From the NCBI GenBank assembly GCA_964594415.1, contig CAZQLQ010000001.1:159265-223264 (forward strand): a stretch of DNA of 64,000 nt, written 5' to 3'. Position numbers and translations under genes: made by a program. The DNA is from an uncultured Candidatus Saccharibacteria bacterium. GTDB taxonomy: Bacteria > Patescibacteriota > CPR2 > UBA1875 > CAIMLA01. The notes beneath the pieces are model-generated. The model ran no database searches. It was not told the DNA's origin and saw nothing but the letters and a program-made list of their open reading frames with translations. This document shows positions 21,173 to 30,579 of this stretch, one piece after another; within the stretch, counting starts at the first letter, position 1; each line of letters starts with the position of its first letter.

Positions 21173-23665
21173 ATGAATAATCAATTTGATCGTTTTGCTG
21201 AGGATGCTAAGCAAAGCTTAATGTTTGCGCAAGAATATGCTTTTGCAAGTGGTGCGAAAGTTATAGACACCGCGTTTATGATCTTGGGATTTCTTAAAGT
21301 CCCTGAGTCTATTGCGTCGGAAATTCTTGCTGAAGCCGGAATAAATGACCAGAAAGTAAAAAGTCTGATCGTGCCTGGCCAAAATATAATAACACCGATG
21401 GAGGTGAAGACGGGTTTAAGCTATTCAGCACAAAGAACGCTTGAAATTGCTTTTACGATAGCACATAAAGAGGGGGATACTTTCGTTGGTACTGAGCACT
21501 TGTTGTTGGCGATTCTCAAGCAGGAAAACTCCGAGGGAGTGATTCTTCTAAAGAAATTAGATATTTCTGTTAGTCAACTAACCAGGAAGCTAGAAGACTA
21601 CTTCAAGGAAGGCGGACAGGATTATTCAGACGATTTTTCGGAATTTTCAAAATTTTCAGATATGCCAAAAGACCAAAACGGAAAAGGAGAGAAAGTCTCA
21701 ACTTTATCAAAATTTAGTACCGATCTTACCTCTTTGGCAAAAGAAGGGAAGTTGGATCCTGTAATTGGAAGGGAAAAAGAGATATCGCGTTTGATTTCGA
21801 TTTTAAACAGACGAACGAAGAACAATCCTGTATTAATAGGTGAGCCAGGGGTTGGAAAGACTGCAATTGTAGAGGGGCTAGCGCAGAGGATCGTTTCCGA
21901 AAATGTTCCCGATCTCCTTCTTGATAAAAAGGTTTTGGTTTTAGACCTGCCTGGAGTAATCGCCGGAACCAAATATAGAGGTGAGTTCGAAGAAAGACTG
22001 TTGAAAATAATTGAGGAGGCAAAGCAGGATAGGAGTGTAATCCTCTTTATTGACGAAATTCATAATCTTATTGGCGCAGGCGCAGCGGAAGGAGCGATAG
22101 ATGCCGCTAATATTTTAAAGCCCGCGCTTTCTAGAGGCGTAATTCAGGTAATCGGAGCAACAACTTTAAATGAGTATCGAAAATACATTGAAAAAGACGC
22201 TGCCCTTGAGCGTCGTCTTCAGCCAATTATTGTTCCAGAAGCTTCAGAAGAAGAAACCGTTCAGATCTTAAATGGACTTAAGTCAAAATATGAAGAATAT
22301 CATAAGGTAAGAATAACGGACGAGGCAATTAATGCTGCAGCAAGATTGGCCAAGCGTTATATAAGTGATAGGTTTTTGCCTGATAAAGCGATCGATCTTA
22401 TTGACGAAGCTGCAAGTTTGCAAAAAATTAAGAAAGGGAAAGCTTCAAAGAATATACGAACAATGATGCGAGAAATCAAGGAGATTATAAGCAAAAAGGA
22501 GGACGCAGTTTTATCAGAAGATTTTGCCTATGCGGCAGCGCTTAAGCAGAAAGAAGATATTTTAAACACTAAACTGAAAAATCTCAAAAAACGCGAAGGT
22601 CTTAATGGCGATGAATACCCGTTAATTGATGAAGAAAATATTGCTGAGGTTATCTCTATTTCAACTGGTGTTCCAATAACTAGACTTGTTCAAAAAGAAA
22701 CCGAGAGCTTACTTAATCTAGAAGATTCCTTAAAGAAAAAGGTAATAGGGCAAGATGAAGCTGTAAGCGTGGTTGCAAGCGCAATCAGAAGATCAAGAAC
22801 GGGAGTTTCGGACACGAAAAGACCGATAGGTTCATTTATGTTTTTGGGTCCTACGGGGGTTGGCAAGACCGAGCTTGCAAGGGTATTGGCCCAAGAAATC
22901 TTTGGTGATATTGAAGCTCTTGTAAAGGTGGATATGTCTGAATTTATGGAGAAACATAATGTTTCTAGGCTTATTGGGGCTCCGGCTGGGTATGTTGGAT
23001 ATGAAGAAAGTGGACAGCTTACGGAAACAATCAGGAGGCGTCCGTATTCTGTAATATTATTTGACGAAATTGAAAAAGCTCATCCCGATGTATTTAATAT
23101 TCTTCTTCAGATTCTTGAAGACGGCTATCTTACTGATGCAAAAGGGATCAAAGTAGACTTTAGAAACACCATAATAATCATGACTTCGAATATCGGTGCG
23201 CATTGGCTTAATAGGGAGGCAAAATTAGGGTTTTCTGCAGTCACAAAAGATGAAGAAAAAGAATTAGAGAACGAGCATGCAAAGCATTCTGATCTGATTA
23301 TGGAAGACCTGAAGAAGAGATTCCGTCCGGAATTCTTGAATAGGGTTGATAAGGTGATTGTATTTAGAGCACTTTCAAAGTTAGCCATGAAGAAGATAGT
23401 AACTCTTCAAATCAATGAATTGGCAAAGAGGCTTTCCGACAAGCACATTAGTATTAAGATCACTGAAGCAGCTAAGGGTTTGTTGATTGAAAAGGGTTAT
23501 GATGCTGATAATGGCGCCAGGCCGCTTCGCAGGGTGATACAGACTATTATAGAAAACCCTCTTGCTAATGGGATACTGACTGGTGAGTTTAAAGAAGGCG
23601 ATACAATATCCGTTTTAAAGGAAGGAGACGCTTTAAAGCTTTACGTATTGGAAGCTGCGAAGTAG
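21173..23665 (+). CDS. clpC: Clp ATPase (ClpC-like, two AAA+ modules, Clp-N domain)
   Basis: Two Walker A motifs GEPGVGKTAIVEGLA and GPTGVGKTELARVLA. N-terminal Clp repeat domain. Confidence 0.9.
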   Translation: MNNQFDRFAEDAKQSLMFAQEYAFASGAKVIDTAFMILGFLKVPESIASEILAEAGINDQKVKSLIVPGQNIITPMEVKTGLSYSAQRTLEIAFTIAHKEGDTFVGTEHLLLAILKQENSEGVILLKKLDISVSQLTRKLEDYFKEGGQDYSDDFSEFSKFSDMPKDQNGKGEKVSTLSKFSTDLTSLAKEGKLDPVIGREKEISRLISILNRRTKNNPVLIGEPGVGKTAIVEGLAQRIVSENVPDLLLDKKVLVLDLPGVIAGTKYRGEFEERLLKIIEEAKQDRSVILFIDEIHNLIGAGAAEGAIDAANILKPALSRGVIQVIGATTLNEYRKYIEKDAALERRLQPIIVPEASEEETVQILNGLKSKYEEYHKVRITDEAINAAARLAKRYISDRFLPDKAIDLIDEAASLQKIKKGKASKNIRTMMREIKEIISKKEDAVLSEDFAYAAALKQKEDILNTKLKNLKKREGLNGDEYPLIDEENIAEVISISTGVPITRLVQKETESLLNLEDSLKKKVIGQDEAVSVVASAIRRSRTGVSDTKRPIGSFMFLGPTGVGKTELARVLAQEIFGDIEALVKVDMSEFMEKHNVSRLIGAPAGYVGYEESGQLTETIRRRPYSVILFDEIEKAHPDVFNILLQILEDGYLTDAKGIKVDFRNTIIIMTSNIGAHWLNREAKLGFSAVTKDEEKELENEHAKHSDLIMEDLKKRFRPEFLNRVDKVIVFRALSKLAMKKIVTLQINELAKRLSDKHISIKITEAAKGLLIEKGYDADNGARPLRRVIQTIIENPLANGILTGEFKEGDTISVLKEGDALKLYVLEAAK

Positions 23666-23700
23666 AATATTCTTAAAACTGTAACTTGAAAGGGGGATTT

Positions 23701-24639
23701 ATGAAAGATAATTACGTAGTAATGATCGGTATATTAATGACTTTAGTCATTGCCTACGTAATCCTAAAGAAGTATGCAAGGCTAAATAACAGGCAGACAT
23801 ATCTAGGTATTTTTTTCGGGGGCATTATTGGTCTTATTATTGGGGCATTGTTAAGTGGACCCCTATCATACCTGCCTGGTATCTTTGGCGAATGGTTGCC
23901 ACTGATGGTATCTATTCTTTCTGCATTATTAATGATGGGATTATTTTGGCAACAAGCGGAAACCTTGGAAAAGATCTCTGATTATTTTCTAGGACTTTTG
24001 CCTATCAATAGGACGGAAACGAAAAACCATACTGCTAACTGTGAAGAAGTGGTCTTGGATACGTCGGTTCTTATTGATGGAAGAATCGCAGATGTTATAG
24101 CTACGGGTTTTTTGTATCAAAAAATTTTAATTCCGCAGTTTGTTCTTGCAGAATTGCAAAATATTGCAGATTCAAAGGACTCGGATCGTAGGGAAAAAGG
24201 TCGTCGCGGTTTTGACACGATAGAGAAAATGAAGAAGAAAAAGAAAAATGAGGTTGAAATCATCTCGGAAGATTTTCCAGAAATTCAAGAGGTTGATGCT
24301 AAGCTTTTGGCTTTGGCAAAAGAAAAGAAAATTGCTCTTGTAACCACTGATTACAATTTAAATAAGATAGCTCAAGCTAGTGGGGTCAGCGTACTTAATA
24401 TTAACGAGCTTGCGCAGAGTTTGCGTCCAGTTCTTCTCCCAGGCGAAGAGTTGGAAATTAGAATAGTTCACCCAGGAAAGGGGAGAAGGCAAGGAGTGGG
24501 ATATCTTACTGACGGAACTATGATTGTAGTGGAAGACGGAGAATCATTGATAGAAAAGGACGTTAAAGTAAAAATAGTAAAAGCCTTGCAGACAGCCGCA
24601 GGCAAAATGTTTTTTGCGAGGAAAATAGATGAAGATTAA
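23701..24639 (+). CDS. Membrane-anchored PIN-domain/TRAM-domain protein (YacL-like)
   Basis: N-terminal TM helices, PIN-like region (VLDTSVLIDGRI...LVTTD), C-terminal TRAM-like beta domain. Sits next to clpC, as yacL does in Firmicutes. Confidence 0.7.
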   Translation: MKDNYVVMIGILMTLVIAYVILKKYARLNNRQTYLGIFFGGIIGLIIGALLSGPLSYLPGIFGEWLPLMVSILSALLMMGLFWQQAETLEKISDYFLGLLPINRTETKNHTANCEEVVLDTSVLIDGRIADVIATGFLYQKILIPQFVLAELQNIADSKDSDRREKGRRGFDTIEKMKKKKKNEVEIISEDFPEIQEVDAKLLALAKEKKIALVTTDYNLNKIAQASGVSVLNINELAQSLRPVLLPGEELEIRIVHPGKGRRQGVGYLTDGTMIVVEDGESLIEKDVKVKIVKALQTAAGKMFFARKIDED

Positions 24640-25543
24640 TCTTAAAAAAGATGTAATTTTGGCGCCGTATACTACTTATGGCATCGGAGGTAAGGCTGAT
24701 TATTTTTGCGTAGTTAAGGACAGGCAATCTTTTTTAGACTCCCTGGATTGGGCATATAAAGAAGGGCTCACTTTTTTTGTTATCGGAGGCGGTAGCAATG
24801 TATTGATTGCTGATAGCGGAGTTCGTGGGCTAGTGATTATTAATAGAGCAAATAACTATAAAATTACAAATGACGAAGTAGTCGCAGAAAGTGGAGCAAG
24901 CTTATCAAAAATAGCCAAAGAAACAATCAGTCTTGGGCTTACGGGATTAGATTTTGCGGCTAACATTCCCGGGACTATAGGTGGCGCGGTTGTGGGAAAC
25001 GCAGGTGCTTACGGTAGAAGTGTTTCAAACTCTTTGATAAGCGGGGAAGTCTGGCAAGCTGGTGAAGTAAAAAATCTAAATAATCAAGATTTTGATTTTA
25101 GCTATCGCTATTCAAATGTAAAAAACAATCCTGAGAAGGTACTTATAAGCGCCAGATTCTCTCTTTGTCCCGGGGATAAGAATGAGATGGAAAAGGCTCT
25201 TAATGAGGATAAACAAAAAAGGGCAGTGTATTCTGGCAAAAACTGCGGGAGTTATTTTTGTAATGTAAATACTTCAAGTTTAAGCGAAAACCAGCTAAAT
25301 AAACTGAGTAATTATATTGTTCATGATAAGGTAGTGCTTGGAAAACTTTTTGATGACCTTGGTTATAAAGGGAAAGAAGTTGGTGATGCTAGGATAAGTG
25401 AGAAACACGCTAATGTAATCTTGAATACTGGGAACGCAACCGCAAAAGATATTATAGAGCTAGAAAAAGAAATTATGAGGTCAGTTTTTGAAGAATACGG
25501 TATGGTACTTATTCCTGAGGTAACAAAAATTGGAGAATTTTAA
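24629..25543 (+). CDS. murB: UDP-N-acetylenolpyruvoylglucosamine reductase
   Basis: FAD-binding N-terminus (APYTTYGIGGKADYF, FVIGGGSNVL). Confidence 0.9.
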   Translation: MKINLKKDVILAPYTTYGIGGKADYFCVVKDRQSFLDSLDWAYKEGLTFFVIGGGSNVLIADSGVRGLVIINRANNYKITNDEVVAESGASLSKIAKETISLGLTGLDFAANIPGTIGGAVVGNAGAYGRSVSNSLISGEVWQAGEVKNLNNQDFDFSYRYSNVKNNPEKVLISARFSLCPGDKNEMEKALNEDKQKRAVYSGKNCGSYFCNVNTSSLSENQLNKLSNYIVHDKVVLGKLFDDLGYKGKEVGDARISEKHANVILNTGNATAKDIIELEKEIMRSVFEEYGMVLIPEVTKIGEF

Positions 25544-26138
25544 TCTAGAGAAAAGGTTATCAGGAGAATTTTTCAATAGGGATACTCATGCAGTTGCGAA
25601 AAATCTTCTCGGTAAGCTAATTGTTCGAAAGTTTGATAATGGTGACTTTAAAATAGGAAGAATCGTTGAGGTAGAAGCATATCAAGGGTTCGAAGATAAA
25701 GCTTCCCATGCATCAAGAAAAAGAACCGTTAGAAACGAAGTAATGTTTGGCAAAGCCGGTTGCTATTACATTTATTTTATCTACGGCATGTACTATTGCT
25801 TGAATATTGTAACAGAGGGACAGGGGTTTCCTGCGGCAGTTCTGATTAGGTCAGTTGAGCCTGTTTTTGATTCAGAAATCAATATTTCAAAGCTCTTGAT
25901 CTCCGAAAGAAGGAAACTTAGTGCTGGTCCCTGCAAACTTTGTCGTTGGCTTCAAATAGATAAGGAACTCAGCGGCAAGTCTGTTAACGATAACACATTA
26001 TTCTTTATCGAAGATAGTTTGGCACCAAAAATAAAGATAAATAAAACGAAAAGAGTTGGCGTAGATTATGCTGGTGAGTCGGCTCAGTGGGATTGGCGGT
26101 ACTATATCAAAGGCAGTAAATTTTTAAGTGTCAAATAG
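25530..26138 (+). CDS. mpg: DNA-3-methyladenine glycosylase (MPG/AAG family)
   Basis: GRIVEVEAYQG...DKASHA...GKAGCYYIYFIYGMYYCLN signature. Confidence 0.85.
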   Translation: MENFNLEKRLSGEFFNRDTHAVAKNLLGKLIVRKFDNGDFKIGRIVEVEAYQGFEDKASHASRKRTVRNEVMFGKAGCYYIYFIYGMYYCLNIVTEGQGFPAAVLIRSVEPVFDSEINISKLLISERRKLSAGPCKLCRWLQIDKELSGKSVNDNTLFFIEDSLAPKIKINKTKRVGVDYAGESAQWDWRYYIKGSKFLSVK

Positions 26139-26496
26139 CTCTAAATACAAGGAGCCGCTTGTTTGGTGTGTTCGCGAAAACGCACGGCACTCGCGGCTCC
26201 AACTCTAGACAACAATAAGCGCCTAAATTTTGGGCAATTTATTGTTTTTAGTGTCTAGGTTTCTCCTTTGCTAATTACTTCAAAGTATAGATGGGGTCCG
26301 TAGCTCTCAAACGACAATGGAGTTTCTTTTTGTTCGCTCTAAGGTCGTAAAAGTTGAGCCCGTGGCTCCAGCCAAGGCATCAATACTAATCTGTTGTAGC
26401 CGGGAGAAAATTGTTAGTTTTATCGTAAAATTAACAATTTTCTCCAGACTAAAGCGAAATAATTATAGCAAATTAAAAATTTTCTTACAATTAAGT

Positions 26497-29298
26497 CTAA
26501 GTCGAACTTTCTTCTACTGTAATTCCAATCTTTTCATTGGCAATTTGATATTTACTATCCTTTACGGTAGCGGTAATCTCATGAGCCCCAGATGATATTT
26601 CGGAAAAGCTTGCAATATAGCGATTACCATTTTTGTGTTCGGCCTCGATCGTTTTACCGCCTACGGTAACTTTCACACTCATAATCCCTGCAGGAGCCTC
26701 TACGATCACTTCCACATCGAATTCACTTCCCAATACGTCTCCGTCATTAGGGCTGATAATGTTGATTTCCGGTAAATCATCGCCAGTGTGAAGGTCGCAT
26801 ATTTCTGTTGGTAATCCTGAAGAATCGGTGGTATAGCCCTGGCTTTGCGCCCATGCCAGGATAGGGCCATACCATCTTGAATACGCAGAGTCGCTAGAAG
26901 ATATCTCTGCCGTTATTGGATTGTACACTTTTGTTTCTATCAGCTCTTCTGGGCATTTATCTGTGGCAAGCTTTCCGGATAACTTATCAATTTTTATTTC
27001 TTGCGATACACCTGCTCCTTCAGGTATCTTGTACCATGAAGGAAATATATCAGTAATTGTTTTGCTTGTAGGGCCTGGCTTATGGCCAGTAATCGAATCC
27101 AAAACTACTGTTTTAACTCCGCTTGGTTTTGTAAACTGCTCGACCGCGGTTCCAGCAAGAGCTTTCGTCATGAAATCATGCCATATGGGAGCAGCAGCGA
27201 TTGATCCGCCAGCTTTCGTCATGGGCGAATTGTCGTTATTTCCTGCCCAAACACCAGCAACGAGGCTTGGTGTATAGCCCATAGTCCAAGCGTCTTTGTA
27301 ATCATTGGTTGTGCCTGTTTTTGCGGCTGCTGGACGGCCACTGATTGTAAGCGGTCCTCCTGCACCAAAGGTTCTGGCTCTTGCAGAGTCGTCAGAGAGA
27401 ACATTGCTCATTAAATAAGCAACTTGAGTATCAAGAATTTTTGAACCCTCGGTGTCCTTGTATTCGTCAATAGTTTTGCCCTCAGAATCCTCAATTTTTA
27501 GCATCCAGGTCGTGTCTTTTTTGATACCATTGTTGGCAAATACGCCGTATGCAGTTGTCATATCGAGTAGCTTCACCTCACCAGCTCCAAGAACAAGCGA
27601 TAGTCCATATTGGCTGGTATCATTTAATGTGGTTATTCCCATACTGTGTGCTAAATCTAGCACGGTCTGCATACCAGCTATATACAAGGTTTTTACGGCA
27701 GGTATATTTAAGGAGTTTTGAAGAGCTGTTCGCATAGAAACGGGGCCCCAAAACCCGCCACTGTAGTTATTTGGTATATAGCCTCCACCAAAATCTGTCT
27801 TTAGGTCATATACAACGCTTCCCGGACCCCAGTTTGGTGTCGCCCATGCAGCGGCATATGCAAACGGCTTAAAGGACGACCCTGGTTGTCTTTCCTGCAA
27901 GGCAACATTTACGTTTCCATCTATTTCCTCATCAAAGAAGTCCCTGCTGCCAACCATTGCCAGGATTTGTCCAGTTTTCGGATCTATAGCCACTAGGGAA
28001 GCATTCGAAGCGTTATACTTGGCATAATTCTTATCAACATTTGTTGCAACAGCTTCTTCGGCCATCTGTTGTTTAGACAAATCCAATGTCGTATAAACCT
28101 TCAGTCCGCCTTCATTTACTACTTGTTCCCCATATTTTTCAACAAGCTGTTCTTTTACATAAAGAACAAAATGAGGAGCTGTAATCGTCCCATATTCATT
28201 TTTTGCAAAAACTATTTCAATTTCTTTGGCCTTTTCAGCTTCTTCTTTTGTGATAAATCCCTGTTCAGACATCTGATCGAGAATAATGTCTTTTCTAGCT
28301 AGTAGATCTTCTTTATGATTCCCATAGGGTGAATAATAGGTCGGAGCTTGCGGAAGTGCTGACAACAAAGCACATTCTTCAAGGGTTAAATCTTTTAATT
28401 CCTTACCAAAAAAGGTTTTTGCGGCAACCTTTGCTCCATAAGCATTTGACCCGTAGGGAATTTCGTTTAGATACATCTTTAGGATATCGTCTTTTTTAAA
28501 CATTTGTTCGATTTCAATCGATATAATAAGTTCCTTGATTTTACGGGTATAGGTCTTTTCATTTGTAAGCAGTGCATTTTTGACAAACTGTTGAGTAATG
28601 GTGGATCCTCCTTGTGCTTTGCTGCCTTGCAATACATTTAATATTGCCGAACCTATTATACGTTTTGCGCTAAACCCACTATGTTTATAGAAATTTCTAT
28701 CTTCAATTGCAACGGTAGCATTTTTTAAGTTCTGAGGTATTTCGTCCCATCCCGCGAGAATTCTATTTTCGTCGCCATGAATCTCATATAGTAGTTTCCC
28801 GTTACGATCAAATATTTGAGTTGATTGAGCCGAAACTCTCGCATTTATCTTATCGGGAGTTGGTAGGTCTTTTGCATACCAAAGGAAAAAACCAAAAATT
28901 ACCCCCAAAAAGATTACAAAGGCCAGAAAGAGTCTTTTCCAACCTTGTTTCGTAGTAAATAAATCACGAAGAAAACCACCTAAGTTTATCAATATGGACT
29001 TTGGGTTTTTTATATCTAATTTTGTTTTGTTGTTTGTTGAGGGTCTTGGTGATGTATACCTTTTTCTTGATCTTAAGACTGTTCTTCTCTTGAGAAACCT
29101 TGTTTTTCCGATTTTAAAGGCCATATTTTCTCCAATTTTTTTAAGCATTATTTTTAAACTGCTCATCTTTTTTATTTTTTCAAAGACTAGTCTTGAGAGC
29201 GGCTTTACATATTTTTCGAAAAGTTTATTTTTGTTTAAAACGTATTTTTTTATTCTCAAGGCCATATTTTCTCCAATTACCTTTGAAATTATTGTCAA
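26497..29298 (-). CDS. Class A penicillin-binding protein (glycosyltransferase + transpeptidase) with C-terminal Ig-like domain; start uncertain
   Basis: GT51 motifs (EDRNFYKHSGF, RIIGSAILNV) and TP motifs (STxK-like, KTGTTND). N-terminal region contains a 47-aa tandem duplication. True start may be at M45 (29166) or M59 (29124). Confidence 0.9.
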   Translation of the reverse strand: MTIISKVIGENMALRIKKYVLNKNKLFEKYVKPLSRLVFEKIKKMSSLKIMLKKIGENMAFKIGKTRFLKRRTVLRSRKRYTSPRPSTNNKTKLDIKNPKSILINLGGFLRDLFTTKQGWKRLFLAFVIFLGVIFGFFLWYAKDLPTPDKINARVSAQSTQIFDRNGKLLYEIHGDENRILAGWDEIPQNLKNATVAIEDRNFYKHSGFSAKRIIGSAILNVLQGSKAQGGSTITQQFVKNALLTNEKTYTRKIKELIISIEIEQMFKKDDILKMYLNEIPYGSNAYGAKVAAKTFFGKELKDLTLEECALLSALPQAPTYYSPYGNHKEDLLARKDIILDQMSEQGFITKEEAEKAKEIEIVFAKNEYGTITAPHFVLYVKEQLVEKYGEQVVNEGGLKVYTTLDLSKQQMAEEAVATNVDKNYAKYNASNASLVAIDPKTGQILAMVGSRDFFDEEIDGNVNVALQERQPGSSFKPFAYAAAWATPNWGPGSVVYDLKTDFGGGYIPNNYSGGFWGPVSMRTALQNSLNIPAVKTLYIAGMQTVLDLAHSMGITTLNDTSQYGLSLVLGAGEVKLLDMTTAYGVFANNGIKKDTTWMLKIEDSEGKTIDEYKDTEGSKILDTQVAYLMSNVLSDDSARARTFGAGGPLTISGRPAAAKTGTTNDYKDAWTMGYTPSLVAGVWAGNNDNSPMTKAGGSIAAAPIWHDFMTKALAGTAVEQFTKPSGVKTVVLDSITGHKPGPTSKTITDIFPSWYKIPEGAGVSQEIKIDKLSGKLATDKCPEELIETKVYNPITAEISSSDSAYSRWYGPILAWAQSQGYTTDSSGLPTEICDLHTGDDLPEINIISPNDGDVLGSEFDVEVIVEAPAGIMSVKVTVGGKTIEAEHKNGNRYIASFSEISSGAHEITATVKDSKYQIANEKIGITVEESST

Positions 29299-29394
29299 AA
29301 AAGTGTATATTATAAAGTTAATGAATAGGTCAAATATTCTTTGATATCAAGGCAAATTATATTAATTTTTATTTAAACTGTCAAGGAGAGTCAA

Positions 29395-30579
29395 ATGGAG
29401 AAAATAGATGAATTGTTAACTCGTGGTGTAACGGAGGTAATTGTAAGGGAGTCGCTCGAAAAGGCTTTGAAGAGCAAAAAGAAGCTTAGGATCAAATACG
29501 GGATTGATCCCACCGGACCAAAGATACATATAGGGCGTGCCGTACCGATTTGGGCTCTTCGTAAGTTTCAAGATTTGGGGCATACAATCGTTCTCATAAT
29601 TGGAGATTTTACCGCACAGATTGGGGATGCGTCTGACAAAACTGCCGAGAGGCAAATACTGACTCTTGAGGACATCAAGAAAAATATGGAAACCTATAAG
29701 GAACAGTTGGGGCTAATTTTAGATATGGGAAAAGTTGAATTACACTACAATAGCGAATGGTTGAACTCTATGTCTTCGGCAGATCTTATTCGGGAGGCAA
29801 TGAATTTTACGGTGAATCAAATGATCAAAAGAGATAATTTTTATCAACGTTTTGAAGCTGATAAGCCTATCGGACTTCATGAGATTCTTTATCCTTTACT
29901 TCAGGGTTACGATTCTGTAGCCGTAAAGGCTGATGTTGAAATCGGAGGAAACGATCAACTCTTTAATTTAATGGCAGGGAGAACATTACAGAAAAAATAT
30001 GGCCAAAAAGAGCAGGATATAATGACATTTGAGCTTTTGATGGGAACAGATGCTAGAAAAATGAGCACTTCATATGGCAATTGTATTTATATTCAAGATA
30101 ATCCTACCGAGATGTTTGGTAAGATTATGTCTATAAATGACGAACTCATCATAACCTACATGACCTTAGTGACTGACTTAAAGTTATCCGAGATAGAAAA
30201 AATCAAAAAGGAGCTTGAAGGCGGCATGAATCCGCGCGATGCCAAGATTATTCTGGGTAAAGCTCTTGTAGAAAGATACTATGGAAAAAAAGTTGCAAAT
30301 GAGGCAGCGGAAAACTTCAAGAATGTTTTTGCAAAAAATGAGCTCCCAGAGGAGATTCGTGAGGCTAAGATACTAGACAAGGAATGGCATCTCGTTGAGC
30401 TCATGTTATTTATCGGCATGGTTCCTTCAAAGAACGAAGCAAGAAGATTAATCACGCAAGGTGGCGTCAAGATAGATGGAGCTGTTATAGGGGACATCAA
30501 TGCACAGATTAGTCCTATTGATAATATGGTTATTCAGATAGGCAAACGTAATTACGTTCGTATTAAACTAGACAAATAA
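29395..30579 (+). CDS. tyrS: Tyrosyl-tRNA synthetase (class I, with C-terminal S4-like domain)
   Basis: HIGR (HIGH-like) and KMSTS (KMSKS-like) motifs. C-terminal S4 motif ARRLITQGGVKIDG. Confidence 0.8.
   Translation: MEKIDELLTRGVTEVIVRESLEKALKSKKKLRIKYGIDPTGPKIHIGRAVPIWALRKFQDLGHTIVLIIGDFTAQIGDASDKTAERQILTLEDIKKNMETYKEQLGLILDMGKVELHYNSEWLNSMSSADLIREAMNFTVNQMIKRDNFYQRFEADKPIGLHEILYPLLQGYDSVAVKADVEIGGNDQLFNLMAGRTLQKKYGQKEQDIMTFELLMGTDARKMSTSYGNCIYIQDNPTEMFGKIMSINDELIITYMTLVTDLKLSEIEKIKKELEGGMNPRDAKIILGKALVERYYGKKVANEAAENFKNVFAKNELPEEIREAKILDKEWHLVELMLFIGMVPSKNEARRLITQGGVKIDGAVIGDINAQISPIDNMVIQIGKRNYVRIKLDK

Noticed and set aside
26317-26595. 92-aa ORF in the mpg-PBP intergenic region
   Set aside because: It has no RBS and overlaps the 3' end of the PBP gene on the other strand. 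The region is more likely non-coding or an ncRNA.
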